Virus record (IMG/VR): IMGVR_UViG_3300020122_000089
Span: 40,059 to 104,058 of that record
Source of the DNA: a virus
Reading direction: 5' to 3' (one strand)
Length of the DNA stretch: 64,000 nt
Below the pieces are notes generated by a model. The model searched no databases. It saw nothing but the letters and a program-made list of their open reading frames with translations, and was not told the DNA's origin. Shown piece after piece: positions 11,112 to 20,578 of the stretch (positions within the stretch are counted from its first letter, which is position 1; each line of letters opens with the position of its first letter). Made by a program: the position numbers and the translations under genes.

Positions 11112-11881
11112 TAGTAGCCCCCGGGCCAGCCCCTTCCAATTCTACCTGCACGGCTTTCGCCAAATATCTTGCGCCGTTGAGGCGTCTCACGCCTGAAGCC
11201 GCTCCAGCGAGCTTCTTCAAAGAGCGGGGCCCATTGCTGCACCTTCTTTTCTTGCGCCTGCGCTAGTAGTTTTTGCCGCTCGTTCAGCCCTTTATCTGGG
11301 TCTGCTAGAAATGCAAAAAGGTTTAATGCGCAGTCAGCTATTAGAAAGAAGTGCTGCTCCTCGATTGGGAATAATGATGTATCATCGAAGATAGGCGGTA
11401 CGCTCGCCGATCCGGTAGAATATGTTACCATATATACACAGGACTGGCTATGCGCGGGCGTCCATAGCATTTTCCATTGCCCATCTTCGTTGATTGGCGC
11501 AAAACAGGCTGCTACGTGAGGATGCGCCCATCCACCACCTATAGGTAAATTGTCAGGCCCGCTCCAGTAAGAGGTCATTTGATCGACCCTAACGGCGTCT
11601 ATCATTCTTGGAATGTGATATGGATTGTTAGGGTCGTATGTCTTTATCATTACCACTTCGGCGAAATCGCCTAGGGTGATATTTGTTTCAGCGGGCAGTC
11701 CTGCATTGACAGGCATTGGCCATCGTTTTACCGACCAGCTTTCATGTGTTAAACGTAGCTTCGTTCGGTAGAAGGCGGTAACACCCCAGGCCTCCATTAA
11801 GATTTGGTCGTCGCCTAACTCTTGCTCGGACGGGTAGCCTAAGGCTCGTCTGACTTCGCCAATGAAAACGGCCATTAGCAT
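11111..11881 (-). CDS. putative head-completion/adaptor protein
   Basis: 256 aa, N-terminal 'FIGEVRRALG' helix typical of adaptors; position. Confidence 0.45.
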   Translation of the reverse strand: MLMAVFIGEVRRALGYPSEQELGDDQILMEAWGVTAFYRTKLRLTHESWSVKRWPMPVNAGLPAETNITLGDFAEVVMIKTYDPNNPYHIPRMIDAVRVDQMTSYWSGPDNLPIGGGWAHPHVAACFAPINEDGQWKMLWTPAHSQSCVYMVTYSTGSASVPPIFDDTSLFPIEEQHFFLIADCALNLFAFLADPDKGLNERQKLLAQAQEKKVQQWAPLFEEARWSGFRRETPQRRKIFGESRAGRIGRGWPGGY

Positions 11882-11922
11882 TTTGCTTGACCCCTTAGAA
11901 CAAATGTGCTATACTACGAAAC

Positions 11923-12315
11923 ATGGAATCTTCCGGAAGAAAGAATTTCATTGTTCAACATCCAAATGGCGACCTCACCCTCTGCGGGCCTGGTAGATCG
12001 AAAACCTTCAACATACCATCTAAAATCACTCAACAGTGAATACAGTTCCCATGCCTCAGAAGAAGCATGCGGCACATCCTAGAACATGCTGAACCGTGCG
12101 AAGATGTACGGTATCAAGTAAAGATGGCGCTTTTGGTTGATGCCGCTCTTTTAGGGTGCGGCCAGCAAAACGATCCAGGTTGGCCGTACCTGCCTACTGA
12201 ACCCATAGCATGCCTGCCAGTTTCAGATTTGTGGTTGAATGAAATCCTGGCATTGCCGCATATTGCTGAACGGATACAGAAATCTCATGACCCACTTACA
12301 GTGCCAGCCGATTAA
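11923..12315 (+). pseudogene. small gene with internal in-frame TGA at 12037-12039
   Basis: Leaderless ATG 11923 after TTGACC/TATACT promoter is in frame with ORF 12067..12315. Confidence 0.5.
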
Positions 12316-13850
12316 CCGCCAAGAATAGACTTCAACACCTGATCCTTTGCACCTTTTGGATCAAGTCTAGCGGCTATCTTTTCTATGTCGGCTTCGTCTT
12401 CGGGGGATAGTTTTACGGGTGGAGCCATTGGCCCTACCGATTCGTCATCGTCTTCTTGATTTGATTCCGTCGCCAATGGCATCGCTTTGTCCATTTCAAT
12501 TGCCGCTTGAACGCCAGGCGATGGCTCGACAAAGGCCGTTGGCGCGTAGGGCGCTGCTGACTCACCTACTGGGCGGAATTCATACCCGCAATGGCGACAC
12601 TTGCGAGGCGGCCCTCCGTTGATTGTGTTGATCTCCTCTGCGCAATCTGGACATTGCATTTTTTGGATAGTCGAGGCGGTAGCCGCAGGCTGTCCATTTC
12701 CCGCATTCTTCGCCACAACTGTTTCGATGTACATCTTGATTTCTTCCGGAGAAAGACCGCCACGGGTGGTGGATTCAAGAGTACGGCTTAGTGCAGTACG
12801 TTCGGGTTTGCGACCTAATAGCCACGCGAGCTTGAAGTAGTAACGGTCGTAATTGTCCGTATTGTTAGGATTGCGCATCCTATCTTCAATTGCGGCTATT
12901 CTTGTTTCGGCGATGATTCTGAATTGGTCATTGGCGGGTATCATGTAATCCATTATTGCGCGGTGCCACGCATCGCGCAGGAACGGCCTTGCGTCAATCA
13001 CCCTGCGATGTGATTCAAGCATGCGGCCAGTTTCAAGACGTTCTACTGCATCTTGAAGCCAGCGGAGGCGGATGGCGAGCATACCTACCGCCTCTATCTC
13101 ATTTCGCATGTCGGCGGGTTTGTCGAGTTCTTTTACTCGCGAAGGTCGAATCATTTCATTCAACGTGCTGTATTCAACGTCTATCTTATCGAATGGTTCG
13201 ATATGCGCTAGGATATGTGACGTGATAGCGCGGTCTGATCTGAGGGCTTGAAGCGTAGTCCCGGCGGGGATTGCAATTACGTGCAACCTTCCTATCTCTT
13301 TTTGTTCGATTGGATGGCTTATCACCACCTCTTTGTGCGGAACGGCTTGGTCGAGCCTACCGGCTAATACGGATTCTTCAATAGCGCCAATCCTGAACAC
13401 TTCGCCGGCGGGGATTCTTGAATACGCAGGCGAGTGAAGCATTGGCTGTAACCCTTCTGCGTCAATGCCTGGAATGTAAACATAATACGGGCCGGGTTCG
13501 GCGGTATTGATATCCCGCACCGTGATGCGTGGTTGCATTTCGTTTGGCACCATCGCATCTTGCCCAAGATTGTCAAAAACACTCTTTTCAACTGTCGCGC
13601 TACTCATGGTTGGTCTCCTTAAACTCTTTTTCTTTCTTCCGGAAGAATTCTTTAGGGCCGCTCCGGTGATTTCGGCCATTTTATGACGGATGACTTCGTA
13701 GGTGTCTTTTGAGGTGTTTAATTCTGTTTCACCTGAAACGCTTGACGCCCATTCAAGAAGGATTAAAAGGTTTTCATCGTTGAAACTTTCATGCGGAGAG
13801 GTTTGACGTGCGTTAAACCAAACGTCGCGGAGGTATCTTTCCCATGCCAA
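12312..13850 (-). CDS. hypothetical protein with C-terminal zinc ribbon; probable true or second start at ATG 13607
   Basis: CPDC...CRHC. Strong AAGGAG Shine-Dalgarno precedes in-frame ATG 13607. Confidence 0.6.
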   Translation of the reverse strand: MAWERYLRDVWFNARQTSPHESFNDENLLILLEWASSVSGETELNTSKDTYEVIRHKMAEITGAALKNSSGRKKKSLRRPTMSSATVEKSVFDNLGQDAMVPNEMQPRITVRDINTAEPGPYYVYIPGIDAEGLQPMLHSPAYSRIPAGEVFRIGAIEESVLAGRLDQAVPHKEVVISHPIEQKEIGRLHVIAIPAGTTLQALRSDRAITSHILAHIEPFDKIDVEYSTLNEMIRPSRVKELDKPADMRNEIEAVGMLAIRLRWLQDAVERLETGRMLESHRRVIDARPFLRDAWHRAIMDYMIPANDQFRIIAETRIAAIEDRMRNPNNTDNYDRYYFKLAWLLGRKPERTALSRTLESTTRGGLSPEEIKMYIETVVAKNAGNGQPAATASTIQKMQCPDCAEEINTINGGPPRKCRHCGYEFRPVGESAAPYAPTAFVEPSPGVQAAIEMDKAMPLATESNQEDDDESVGPMAPPVKLSPEDEADIEKIAARLDPKGAKDQVLKSILGG

Positions 13851-13851
13851 G

Positions 13852-14799
13852 CTAATACACCTTTTGCCCTCCGCCTGCGGATGAGAATATCCAGGTAGAT
13901 TTGCCTTTCCTGCTGGTGAATCTTTGCTTGTGCGTATTGAAGGCCGATCTGATGCGTAGCCGCATAGCTTCGCGCTCTTTTGCTTTTAATTCTTTATCGG
14001 TATCGGCTATGCGCATTAGATTCTTTCGCATCGCTTCTGGCGTAGGGGATTCTCGCCAATCATGTGTGTGAGTTTCTGCGTAGTTACGTCGCCAGAGTGC
14101 TTGTACGTATTCGAGGTCGAGGTCGGATGGTTCACGATACAGCCCAAAACATTTTCTTCTTTCTAGTTTTGCGCGTTCGCAACATAGATGTGAAACGTGC
14201 CTCCAAATGCCGTGAAAGCCAAGAAAGTAAAACCCCTCGCGTGGCATTGGACCCATGTCCGCCTCTTGCCCGGGGTGTCCAAACGTACCCATTACACGAC
14301 GCCTCGCTTCATCCCATGGGCCTATGATTTCAGGCGGCGTGTATTGACTTACCCACCAACGAGGAACGCCAATCTCTTGGTTGTATACCATTTGCGGATA
14401 AGGAAGCCCGTATTCTTCACCGTCAGGAAGCATCGCCTTTAACTTACCGAATTCTTTTTTCAATGGGTAGGTTAAGGTTTTTACTGTTCTTCCGGAAGAA
14501 TCACAGACGTCTACATGCCAGCCGATTTGCTCCTGAAGGATTACCCTGTGTAGGTATTTCAACGCCCTTGTGAAGGGTGTCCATGTACAAATTGAACCCC
14601 ATTCCAATCTAAGCATTGGCAGTCCATTTGGGGTTAATCCTGCAATGTTTATCAATTGGCGTTGAAACCAATCACACCCTTGAGGTGGATTAAAGTTTCT
14701 TGGCGGTGGCCATATATCGTAAGGATTCTCGGACATTTGAGATGTACCGAGAACTAATGGCCTGTCTACGTCGATGAGGTATTTTTGTTCTGCGCTCAT
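13852..14799 (-). CDS. hypothetical protein
   Basis: 315-aa ORF coupled to its neighbours. Confidence 0.65.
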   Translation of the reverse strand: MSAEQKYLIDVDRPLVLGTSQMSENPYDIWPPPRNFNPPQGCDWFQRQLINIAGLTPNGLPMLRLEWGSICTWTPFTRALKYLHRVILQEQIGWHVDVCDSSGRTVKTLTYPLKKEFGKLKAMLPDGEEYGLPYPQMVYNQEIGVPRWWVSQYTPPEIIGPWDEARRRVMGTFGHPGQEADMGPMPREGFYFLGFHGIWRHVSHLCCERAKLERRKCFGLYREPSDLDLEYVQALWRRNYAETHTHDWRESPTPEAMRKNLMRIADTDKELKAKEREAMRLRIRSAFNTHKQRFTSRKGKSTWIFSSAGGGQKVY

Positions 14800-15446
14800 T
14801 TGATAAATGCCGTGTATGAAGGTGGGTAAGATATTGTCGATTGTGGAATTGAAGGGGCGACCCCTGCCGTCATCGGGCCATCAAAAGATACATCGATAGC
14901 GCATGGCGCTACGCCTTCGAGACGTTTATTCACCTCCATAAACTGCTTTAATTTCTTCTTTGGGATTGATAAACAAAATCTGCCGTATTCAGTAGTTGGA
15001 AACTCGTGGTCATTCCAGCCTTGCATCCATCGTATGGTTCTAGTGCCAACACTCCAAAACCCAAAATATATCTTCCACGTTCCACGGTCGGTGGCGATAC
15101 CAATAATAAAATCCTTGATGAAGAAGCTGATCTGGCAGCCCCATTCGTACACGTCTCTATCACTAGAACGCTGAAGCCCTATGCCGTATTGCCAAACGGC
15201 GGCGTTGCCCTTGCCCCACCATAAGATTCGGTGCTTACTACCTTTTGCGTTCCGTACTGGACTTCCTTTACCTTCAATACGGAAGAATGGCCATGCGAGA
15301 GAAAACCCTAGCCAGTGCGTCTTAGAGGATACTAGAATACAGCCACCCCAGCCCCACGGATTATATCTAGGGCGCAGGAAATACATGCGGCGATAATACA
15401 CGCCACCACTTTCGTCTGTTTTGAATTTCTTCCGGAAGAATTGCAT
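14796..15446 (-). CDS. hypothetical Trp-rich protein
   Basis: 216-aa ORF with ATGA overlap. Confidence 0.55.
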   Translation of the reverse strand: MQFFRKKFKTDESGGVYYRRMYFLRPRYNPWGWGGCILVSSKTHWLGFSLAWPFFRIEGKGSPVRNAKGSKHRILWWGKGNAAVWQYGIGLQRSSDRDVYEWGCQISFFIKDFIIGIATDRGTWKIYFGFWSVGTRTIRWMQGWNDHEFPTTEYGRFCLSIPKKKLKQFMEVNKRLEGVAPCAIDVSFDGPMTAGVAPSIPQSTISYPPSYTAFIK

Positions 15447-15451
15447 TGTGG

Positions 15452-15913
15452 TTACTTTGTGATATTTTCCAGCATCTCACGCATGTGGTCTTTGAAACGG
15501 GATATGGAAGGGGTATTTTCAATCGGGATTTTACATCCAGGCCAAATTGGCATGATAGCACCTGGCGCTGCGTTTGCCAGCCCCGCTATGTTACACATCT
15601 TTTCATCCTGCGCCTGGTCTTGCATTTGCTGCCAGACGGCCGCCATTTCGCGCTGCTGTTTTCTGAATTCACGTTCTTTCCACTCTACTTCTGTCAGCCT
15701 TTCTTTTGGCATTTCACCCGCCAACCTTCGATTAACTTCGGCGGCCAGTTCATCTGAATAAAGCAGCGCGTTTAGAATTTCTCCTTCCGGAAGACCGGTT
15801 TGCTCGACAAGTTCGGATAACATTCGCCCTATCGCGGCGAATGCCCTATTGCTTTCGGCGGGTTCTAAGACGCGCTCGCGCTCTTGAACGTCGGGTTGTG
15901 ATTGGGTGTCCAT
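15452..15913 (-). CDS. hypothetical protein
   Basis: 153-aa ORF. Confidence 0.6.
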   Translation of the reverse strand: MDTQSQPDVQERERVLEPAESNRAFAAIGRMLSELVEQTGLPEGEILNALLYSDELAAEVNRRLAGEMPKERLTEVEWKEREFRKQQREMAAVWQQMQDQAQDEKMCNIAGLANAAPGAIMPIWPGCKIPIENTPSISRFKDHMREMLENITK

Positions 15914-15914
15914 T

Positions 15915-16337
15915 TCAGACTATTATCACCTCGCCTGGCTTACCCATCTTCTTTGCTTCTTTTACGGTCCAGCACCCACCACTCTTCACATGTTCATTCG
16001 TACCGCAATGGTAGCAGAGCTTGAATCGCATACCGTCGTAATTTGGCGGTAGCTCTTTAACGGTAATACAAACAACCTTGTCGCTGTTTTGGGCTATCTT
16101 GAGATTGCGCTGTTTGTATCCACCTTCCCAGGATCGGCGCGCGGGAGGAAATTCCTCATATTCAAGCCCTAAAGATTTTGCCTCTTCTACGGCCCAAATA
16201 TCAATGCCACCTAAGTGACATGCGCCACTGACTACTATATCGCCATGGCTGAGTAATGAACGAATAGTCTGGCGGGCTTTTGCTTCTGTGTCGGATGTGA
16301 ACTTTGCAGCTTCGCTGCCAACGATTCCAATTCGCAT
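15915..16337 (-). CDS. SLOG/YspA-like nucleotide-binding protein
   Basis: IGIVGS...VVSGACHLGGIDIWA...RNLKIAQNSD...SGGCWT pattern; leaderless start after CATAAT. Confidence 0.65.
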   Translation of the reverse strand: MRIGIVGSEAAKFTSDTEAKARQTIRSLLSHGDIVVSGACHLGGIDIWAVEEAKSLGLEYEEFPPARRSWEGGYKQRNLKIAQNSDKVVCITVKELPPNYDGMRFKLCYHCGTNEHVKSGGCWTVKEAKKMGKPGEVIIV

Positions 16338-16423
16338 GATTGCATTATGCAAGGGCCGTTACCTTATGTGCTATTTCATAAGAACCGTCTGGCTATTCAC
16401 CGCGATGACGGCCAGCCCTTGTT

Positions 16424-17152
16424 CTAGGGGCTCGATTTTCCACACTCTTTCGCTATGCGTTTGACGAATAAGATATCAGCCTTTCGCGTTTCTTCTGCAT
16501 CGGCGGCACGGCGAGCTTCTTGCGCTTCTTTTTCTTTATCTTCGGCTATCGCCTTTAATCGTTCTAGGTGCGTCTTACCGGCGTATTTATCTGGGGGTGG
16601 ATACGTCCATGTCGTGCCGCTGCCACTAAACGTGATTACGCCCGTTAGGCCGCCTAGGTCGACGTAGTCCGGTATCTGCCTCGCCGCCTTTTGAATGGCT
16701 AAAAGGAGATTTTCCCGTGTGCACTCGATATCATTGCCAGTCTTGGCGGTGGTGGCCTTAGTTGCCGCCTCGCAGCAATCGTTGAATTCTTTAGTACCGG
16801 GCACACCACCGCACCCACATAGCCATTGAGTCTGAGTGGGCGGAAGCGTGAACGCAACCACCCTTCCGGTCATGCGTGATGGCTCTTGGATGTGTAGCAC
16901 ATGTAGCGCTTCATCTCGCCGACGCACCATATTAGCCCACGTATTCTCGCGATTGAATTTCCTCCACTCTAAAACATCACCAATCTCAGGATGGGTGATG
17001 CCTTCACATTCAAGCGCCTTAGCCTCCCAAAGCATCGCTGCACGTTCCCATTTGCTTGTAGCGTCTTGCCATGCGGATACGGATTGCGCATTGGCGGCGG
17101 TATGGATTAACGATATCGCAACCGTTAAGAATAAGAGGATTCGTAATTTCAT
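16424..17152 (-). CDS. secreted hypothetical protein
   Basis: Signal peptide MKLRILLFLTVAISLIHTAANA-Q. Leaderless promoter TTGACA 17188, 17 bp, TAATAT. Confidence 0.65.
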   Translation of the reverse strand: MKLRILLFLTVAISLIHTAANAQSVSAWQDATSKWERAAMLWEAKALECEGITHPEIGDVLEWRKFNRENTWANMVRRRDEALHVLHIQEPSRMTGRVVAFTLPPTQTQWLCGCGGVPGTKEFNDCCEAATKATTAKTGNDIECTRENLLLAIQKAARQIPDYVDLGGLTGVITFSGSGTTWTYPPPDKYAGKTHLERLKAIAEDKEKEAQEARRAADAEETRKADILFVKRIAKECGKSSP

Positions 17153-17210
17153 GCAGAACATATTAACACACTATTTAGCATTTGTCAAGAGAAATCTTCC
17201 GGAAGAAAGT

Positions 17211-18221
17211 TCACTTAACACCAATTCCTATTAGGATTGCTACGCTTTGCGCGTCAATATCGGGGTGGTAATTATCTTCAAATGTCATCCGGATAGCTTC
17301 GCACATTGCTTGGTGTTTTTTTGGTGATGTTTCAGTGATTATTTGCGCCGCTTCTTCGGTTGAATGATTGTCTAGGTCGATACAGGTTTCACCATCACGC
17401 CAAAACACCCCCGATCGCTGTCCTTCGTAGTATCGGGCATGGCCTATTAGCGGCCTTCCTATTGCAGCCCATGAATGAATACAGTGGCCGAAACCGTCGC
17501 CGGTTGGTTTGTCATGATAAGCCCAAGATGAACGCGCCATCTTTTCTGCGATTGAGGCCACCGGAGTTAAAAACCCATCAGGGCATTTATGGCCGTAGGA
17601 TTTGAATTCGTAGCTTGGTAATAATTTTGACAGTTCGGCGAAAGGTTCATAGGATTCTGGAATTTGCGGGAGTAGATTAACAAAAGATGTAATCCTTTTC
17701 GATGCTTTTGGCGTACGGAAACGAAATATCGAAAGGCTATCAAATTCTTGTGAAATATGAACGTATTTGCCTTCCAATCGTCTGCTGGTGCTATCGAGTA
17801 TCAACGGGCTGAGTTCGTGATTGATTCCCTGCCCTGCATTGCCGAGATGGTAAAGATATTTTGCGCCAATTTCTTGTGCGAAATTGTGAAAACCTTGCTG
17901 GTTTTCTTGAACTGATGCTAGTATAAAATCAAGCGACATTGTGCGGGCGCGTTCTAGGGTAACGCCATATATTGGGTGTTCTGGATGGCATTGATCGAAT
18001 GTAATAAATAGCCCGGGTTCAACCTCTCGATATTTAGCGTCGATATTAAGGTATTGCCTAGCAAGTCGGTCGTCGCCAAAGCATTCGCCAAACCTCCATA
18101 TTCCTGCCGTCCACCATTCAAGTCCTAGTGGGGTATAAAGTTCGCATCCTAATCTGTCTTCAAATAGGCGCTGGAGGGAATAGTATAAATCTGAGTGATG
18201 TCGGTCGGCTAGGATGCGCAT
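17211..18221 (-). CDS. GT-B fold glycosyltransferase-like protein
   Basis: MRILAD start and DGFGHCIHSWAAIGRPLI, matching the E-x7-E..G.P region of GT4 enzymes. Confidence 0.65.
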   Translation of the reverse strand: MRILADRHHSDLYYSLQRLFEDRLGCELYTPLGLEWWTAGIWRFGECFGDDRLARQYLNIDAKYREVEPGLFITFDQCHPEHPIYGVTLERARTMSLDFILASVQENQQGFHNFAQEIGAKYLYHLGNAGQGINHELSPLILDSTSRRLEGKYVHISQEFDSLSIFRFRTPKASKRITSFVNLLPQIPESYEPFAELSKLLPSYEFKSYGHKCPDGFLTPVASIAEKMARSSWAYHDKPTGDGFGHCIHSWAAIGRPLIGHARYYEGQRSGVFWRDGETCIDLDNHSTEEAAQIITETSPKKHQAMCEAIRMTFEDNYHPDIDAQSVAILIGIGVK

Positions 18222-18227
18222 TTTAAC

Positions 18228-18806
18228 CTACCAGCAAGAAGGAGGGGTGGAACACCACCTCCTATGACGCCCCTTATTAGCCCGGCTGATCTTACGTCTT
18301 TCTTCTTCGGTGTGTCTCCGTCTCGTTCCGGCGACTGATAACTTCCTTCGCCACTCCTCAGAAAACGGTTCGCGAATCCTACCACGTAGAGATTTGGCAA
18401 TCTTGGCGGCATGTTCCGGCGTTAAGCGCCTGCCGGTATTACATAAACGATTCAGGTGTCGGGCCACGTCGGAGACGCCCTGACCGCCCGTCGTAGTGTT
18501 AGTTAATCGTAAGCCCTCTGATTTTAATTTTTTAATCCATCGCTTTTCCGCCCCGTCCGGATCGGCGACGTTACTTTCTAGTATAATCAGTCCTGGCGGC
18601 GATGAAAGTGACCGAATCCAACGGGCCCGATAGGTATCATCGGCACGCCTCACCGTGATATGTGATCTATACCGTTTTTCCGGTTCGATAGACTGGCCTA
18701 CGTATCTTATCTCACCCGTTTCCGGGTCGGTTAGTCCATATATCGAACTTCGTTTCGTTTCTATTGATTCTAACCTGCGGAGAATTGCAAGATAGTCAAT
18801 CGCCAT
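18228..18806 (-). CDS. free-standing GIY-YIG endonuclease with NUMOD3-like repeats
   Basis: SIYGLTDP...IRYVGQS...RY..H...E.RWI...LTN; C-terminal HTEEERRKIS. Confidence 0.85.
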   Translation of the reverse strand: MAIDYLAILRRLESIETKRSSIYGLTDPETGEIRYVGQSIEPEKRYRSHITVRRADDTYRARWIRSLSSPPGLIILESNVADPDGAEKRWIKKLKSEGLRLTNTTTGGQGVSDVARHLNRLCNTGRRLTPEHAAKIAKSLRGRIREPFSEEWRRKLSVAGTRRRHTEEERRKISRANKGRHRRWCSTPPSCW

Positions 18807-18827
18807 TTATTACACCGTATAGCCTAC

Positions 18828-19832
18828 CTAGCCTAAAAACGCCTTCCACTCTTTTGCTATCTTTTCCTTTCCAAAAAGCTCAATAGCAATCCTGCGCTGT
18901 GCTTGAGATTGCCAATAGGCAGTTTCTTTACTCGATAATAGGCTTGACAGGATATTTCTTGCCTTTTTAGGATCGTCAGACCAGTATTGCGTAATTTGAT
19001 GTCCTTCAAATAGGTCGGGACCGTAAGGAAATACCTGCATCCAGGAAGGGCCTATAGATACCACCGGAATACCCGTCATCATCGCTTCGATTAGCCCTAG
19101 CGTATAACTGGCGGGCTGTGTCCCGCAATATAAGTACGCCCTGTTACATCGAAGCGATTGCTTCATGTCGTCAAAGGACATTTCGCCTTTTCCACGGATA
19201 GATTCAGAGCCAGGCCCAATGGCTACGGCGTCTAATCCTTCGGTTGCTTCATCCCAGAAACTCCAGTTCGTATATGGCTCTCTCTGAAAAAGATTTTGAG
19301 TAATATTTATGACGGCGGGGATTTGGCCGGTCCAACCTTTCCATTCTTCTGGGTCTTTATAAAATCTAATCCTGGCATCAGACCCAGCATATCCCGGAAT
19401 GTTTACCTCCTTTGGCGAATATCTGACAATTTGAAGACCCTCTTTTCTAAGTGGCGCCATCATCCTTTCATTGCTTTCTACTGACTGCCCGACCGTTCTC
19501 CATATCACCCGCTTGTGTTTAATCCTGCTCCATTGGGGAAAAATCCAAGCGTGTTCGTAGTGATGGCATATAATCGTGTCGCACCAGTCAAGTATGTCAT
19601 CTGGTATGTACTGTTTTGCTGCTGCGATATTATCCTGCGTATTTAACCCATCAACTATAGCCTGTAATTCTGGATGGTGTTTGACATCTGGTAATGCCGG
19701 GCGTTTTGGGTCGTGCGGGTGTGCGGGGTTGATGTATCCGCCAAGGCTAAAGCAATCATACCCAAGTTCGGATAAGAGTTTTAATTGGTCAAATTCCTCC
19801 ACACTATGAGCAAGGAGCAGTAGTATGTTCAT
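18828..19832 (-). CDS. glycosyltransferase (GT4-like)
   Basis: SYTLGLIEAMMTGIPVV motif. Confidence 0.8.
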   Translation of the reverse strand: MNILLLLAHSVEEFDQLKLLSELGYDCFSLGGYINPAHPHDPKRPALPDVKHHPELQAIVDGLNTQDNIAAAKQYIPDDILDWCDTIICHHYEHAWIFPQWSRIKHKRVIWRTVGQSVESNERMMAPLRKEGLQIVRYSPKEVNIPGYAGSDARIRFYKDPEEWKGWTGQIPAVINITQNLFQREPYTNWSFWDEATEGLDAVAIGPGSESIRGKGEMSFDDMKQSLRCNRAYLYCGTQPASYTLGLIEAMMTGIPVVSIGPSWMQVFPYGPDLFEGHQITQYWSDDPKKARNILSSLLSSKETAYWQSQAQRRIAIELFGKEKIAKEWKAFLG

Positions 19833-19852
19833 AATTCTTTCCGGAAGAATTT

Positions 19853-20578
19853 CTATCGCTTCACAGCCTTAAAGCCGCCGGGCCCTTCTGGCGGACCTTC
19901 AAATGTTAAGACGTGCGTTTTATCTAAAAGCCAATATAGTTCGGTTTGTGTTTTACCATTGCAGGGGTGCCATTCGCCTACGATTATTGGAACCTCTACT
20001 GCCGACGTGTCTTCTAATGCTGACCACTCGCAACCTTCGCAGTCCATTTTTAGAAAGCCGATCTCGCCATACGACCTAACGATTTCAGAAATAGAAATGC
20101 AAGGAACTTCTTCTTCTTCAAATGCTACGCCGGTAGCGCCGGCGCCGGTGACTAAAGAGGCGTTGCCAATAAACGCATGGTGGTTAGCGTTTTCTGAGCC
20201 TTGATATCGCCAGCGGATTTTTGTAGAATCAACATCAGGGCCTGCAACGCCTACTGGAAGTACCATTACTTGCTGCGTTAGATTGTTTTCTTGAATGTTC
20301 AATCTTAGTAAGGTGACATTTTCGGGGACTGGTTCTATACATAGCACTATAAGGTCTGGATTATCCATCGCCATTGCAATGCCAACAGAGCCAATGTGCG
20401 ATCCTATATCCACCGCTAACCCTGATTGCGGGGCGTTTTCTTTTAAGTGATATTCATCTGCCGCCATTGAGGATTGAATTGTATTCCAATCGTTTGTTTC
20501 GAGACGGTAGTGCATGTGCGCGATGTTGCCATGCGGGGTTATAAAATCCTGTATTGCTTGTTCGTAGTGAATTCGCAT
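19853..20578 (-). CDS. FkbM-family SAM-dependent methyltransferase
   Basis: VDIGSHIG, IEP, LKMDCEGCE motifs. Confidence 0.85.
   Translation of the reverse strand: MRIHYEQAIQDFITPHGNIAHMHYRLETNDWNTIQSSMAADEYHLKENAPQSGLAVDIGSHIGSVGIAMAMDNPDLIVLCIEPVPENVTLLRLNIQENNLTQQVMVLPVGVAGPDVDSTKIRWRYQGSENANHHAFIGNASLVTGAGATGVAFEEEEVPCISISEIVRSYGEIGFLKMDCEGCEWSALEDTSAVEVPIIVGEWHPCNGKTQTELYWLLDKTHVLTFEGPPEGPGGFKAVKR

Noticed and set aside
102-19860. Genome-wide TAG reassignment (alternative genetic code)
   Set aside because: Several genes end normally at TAG (7564, 16424, 18828, 19853) and coding density is already high under the standard code; only one internal amber was seen
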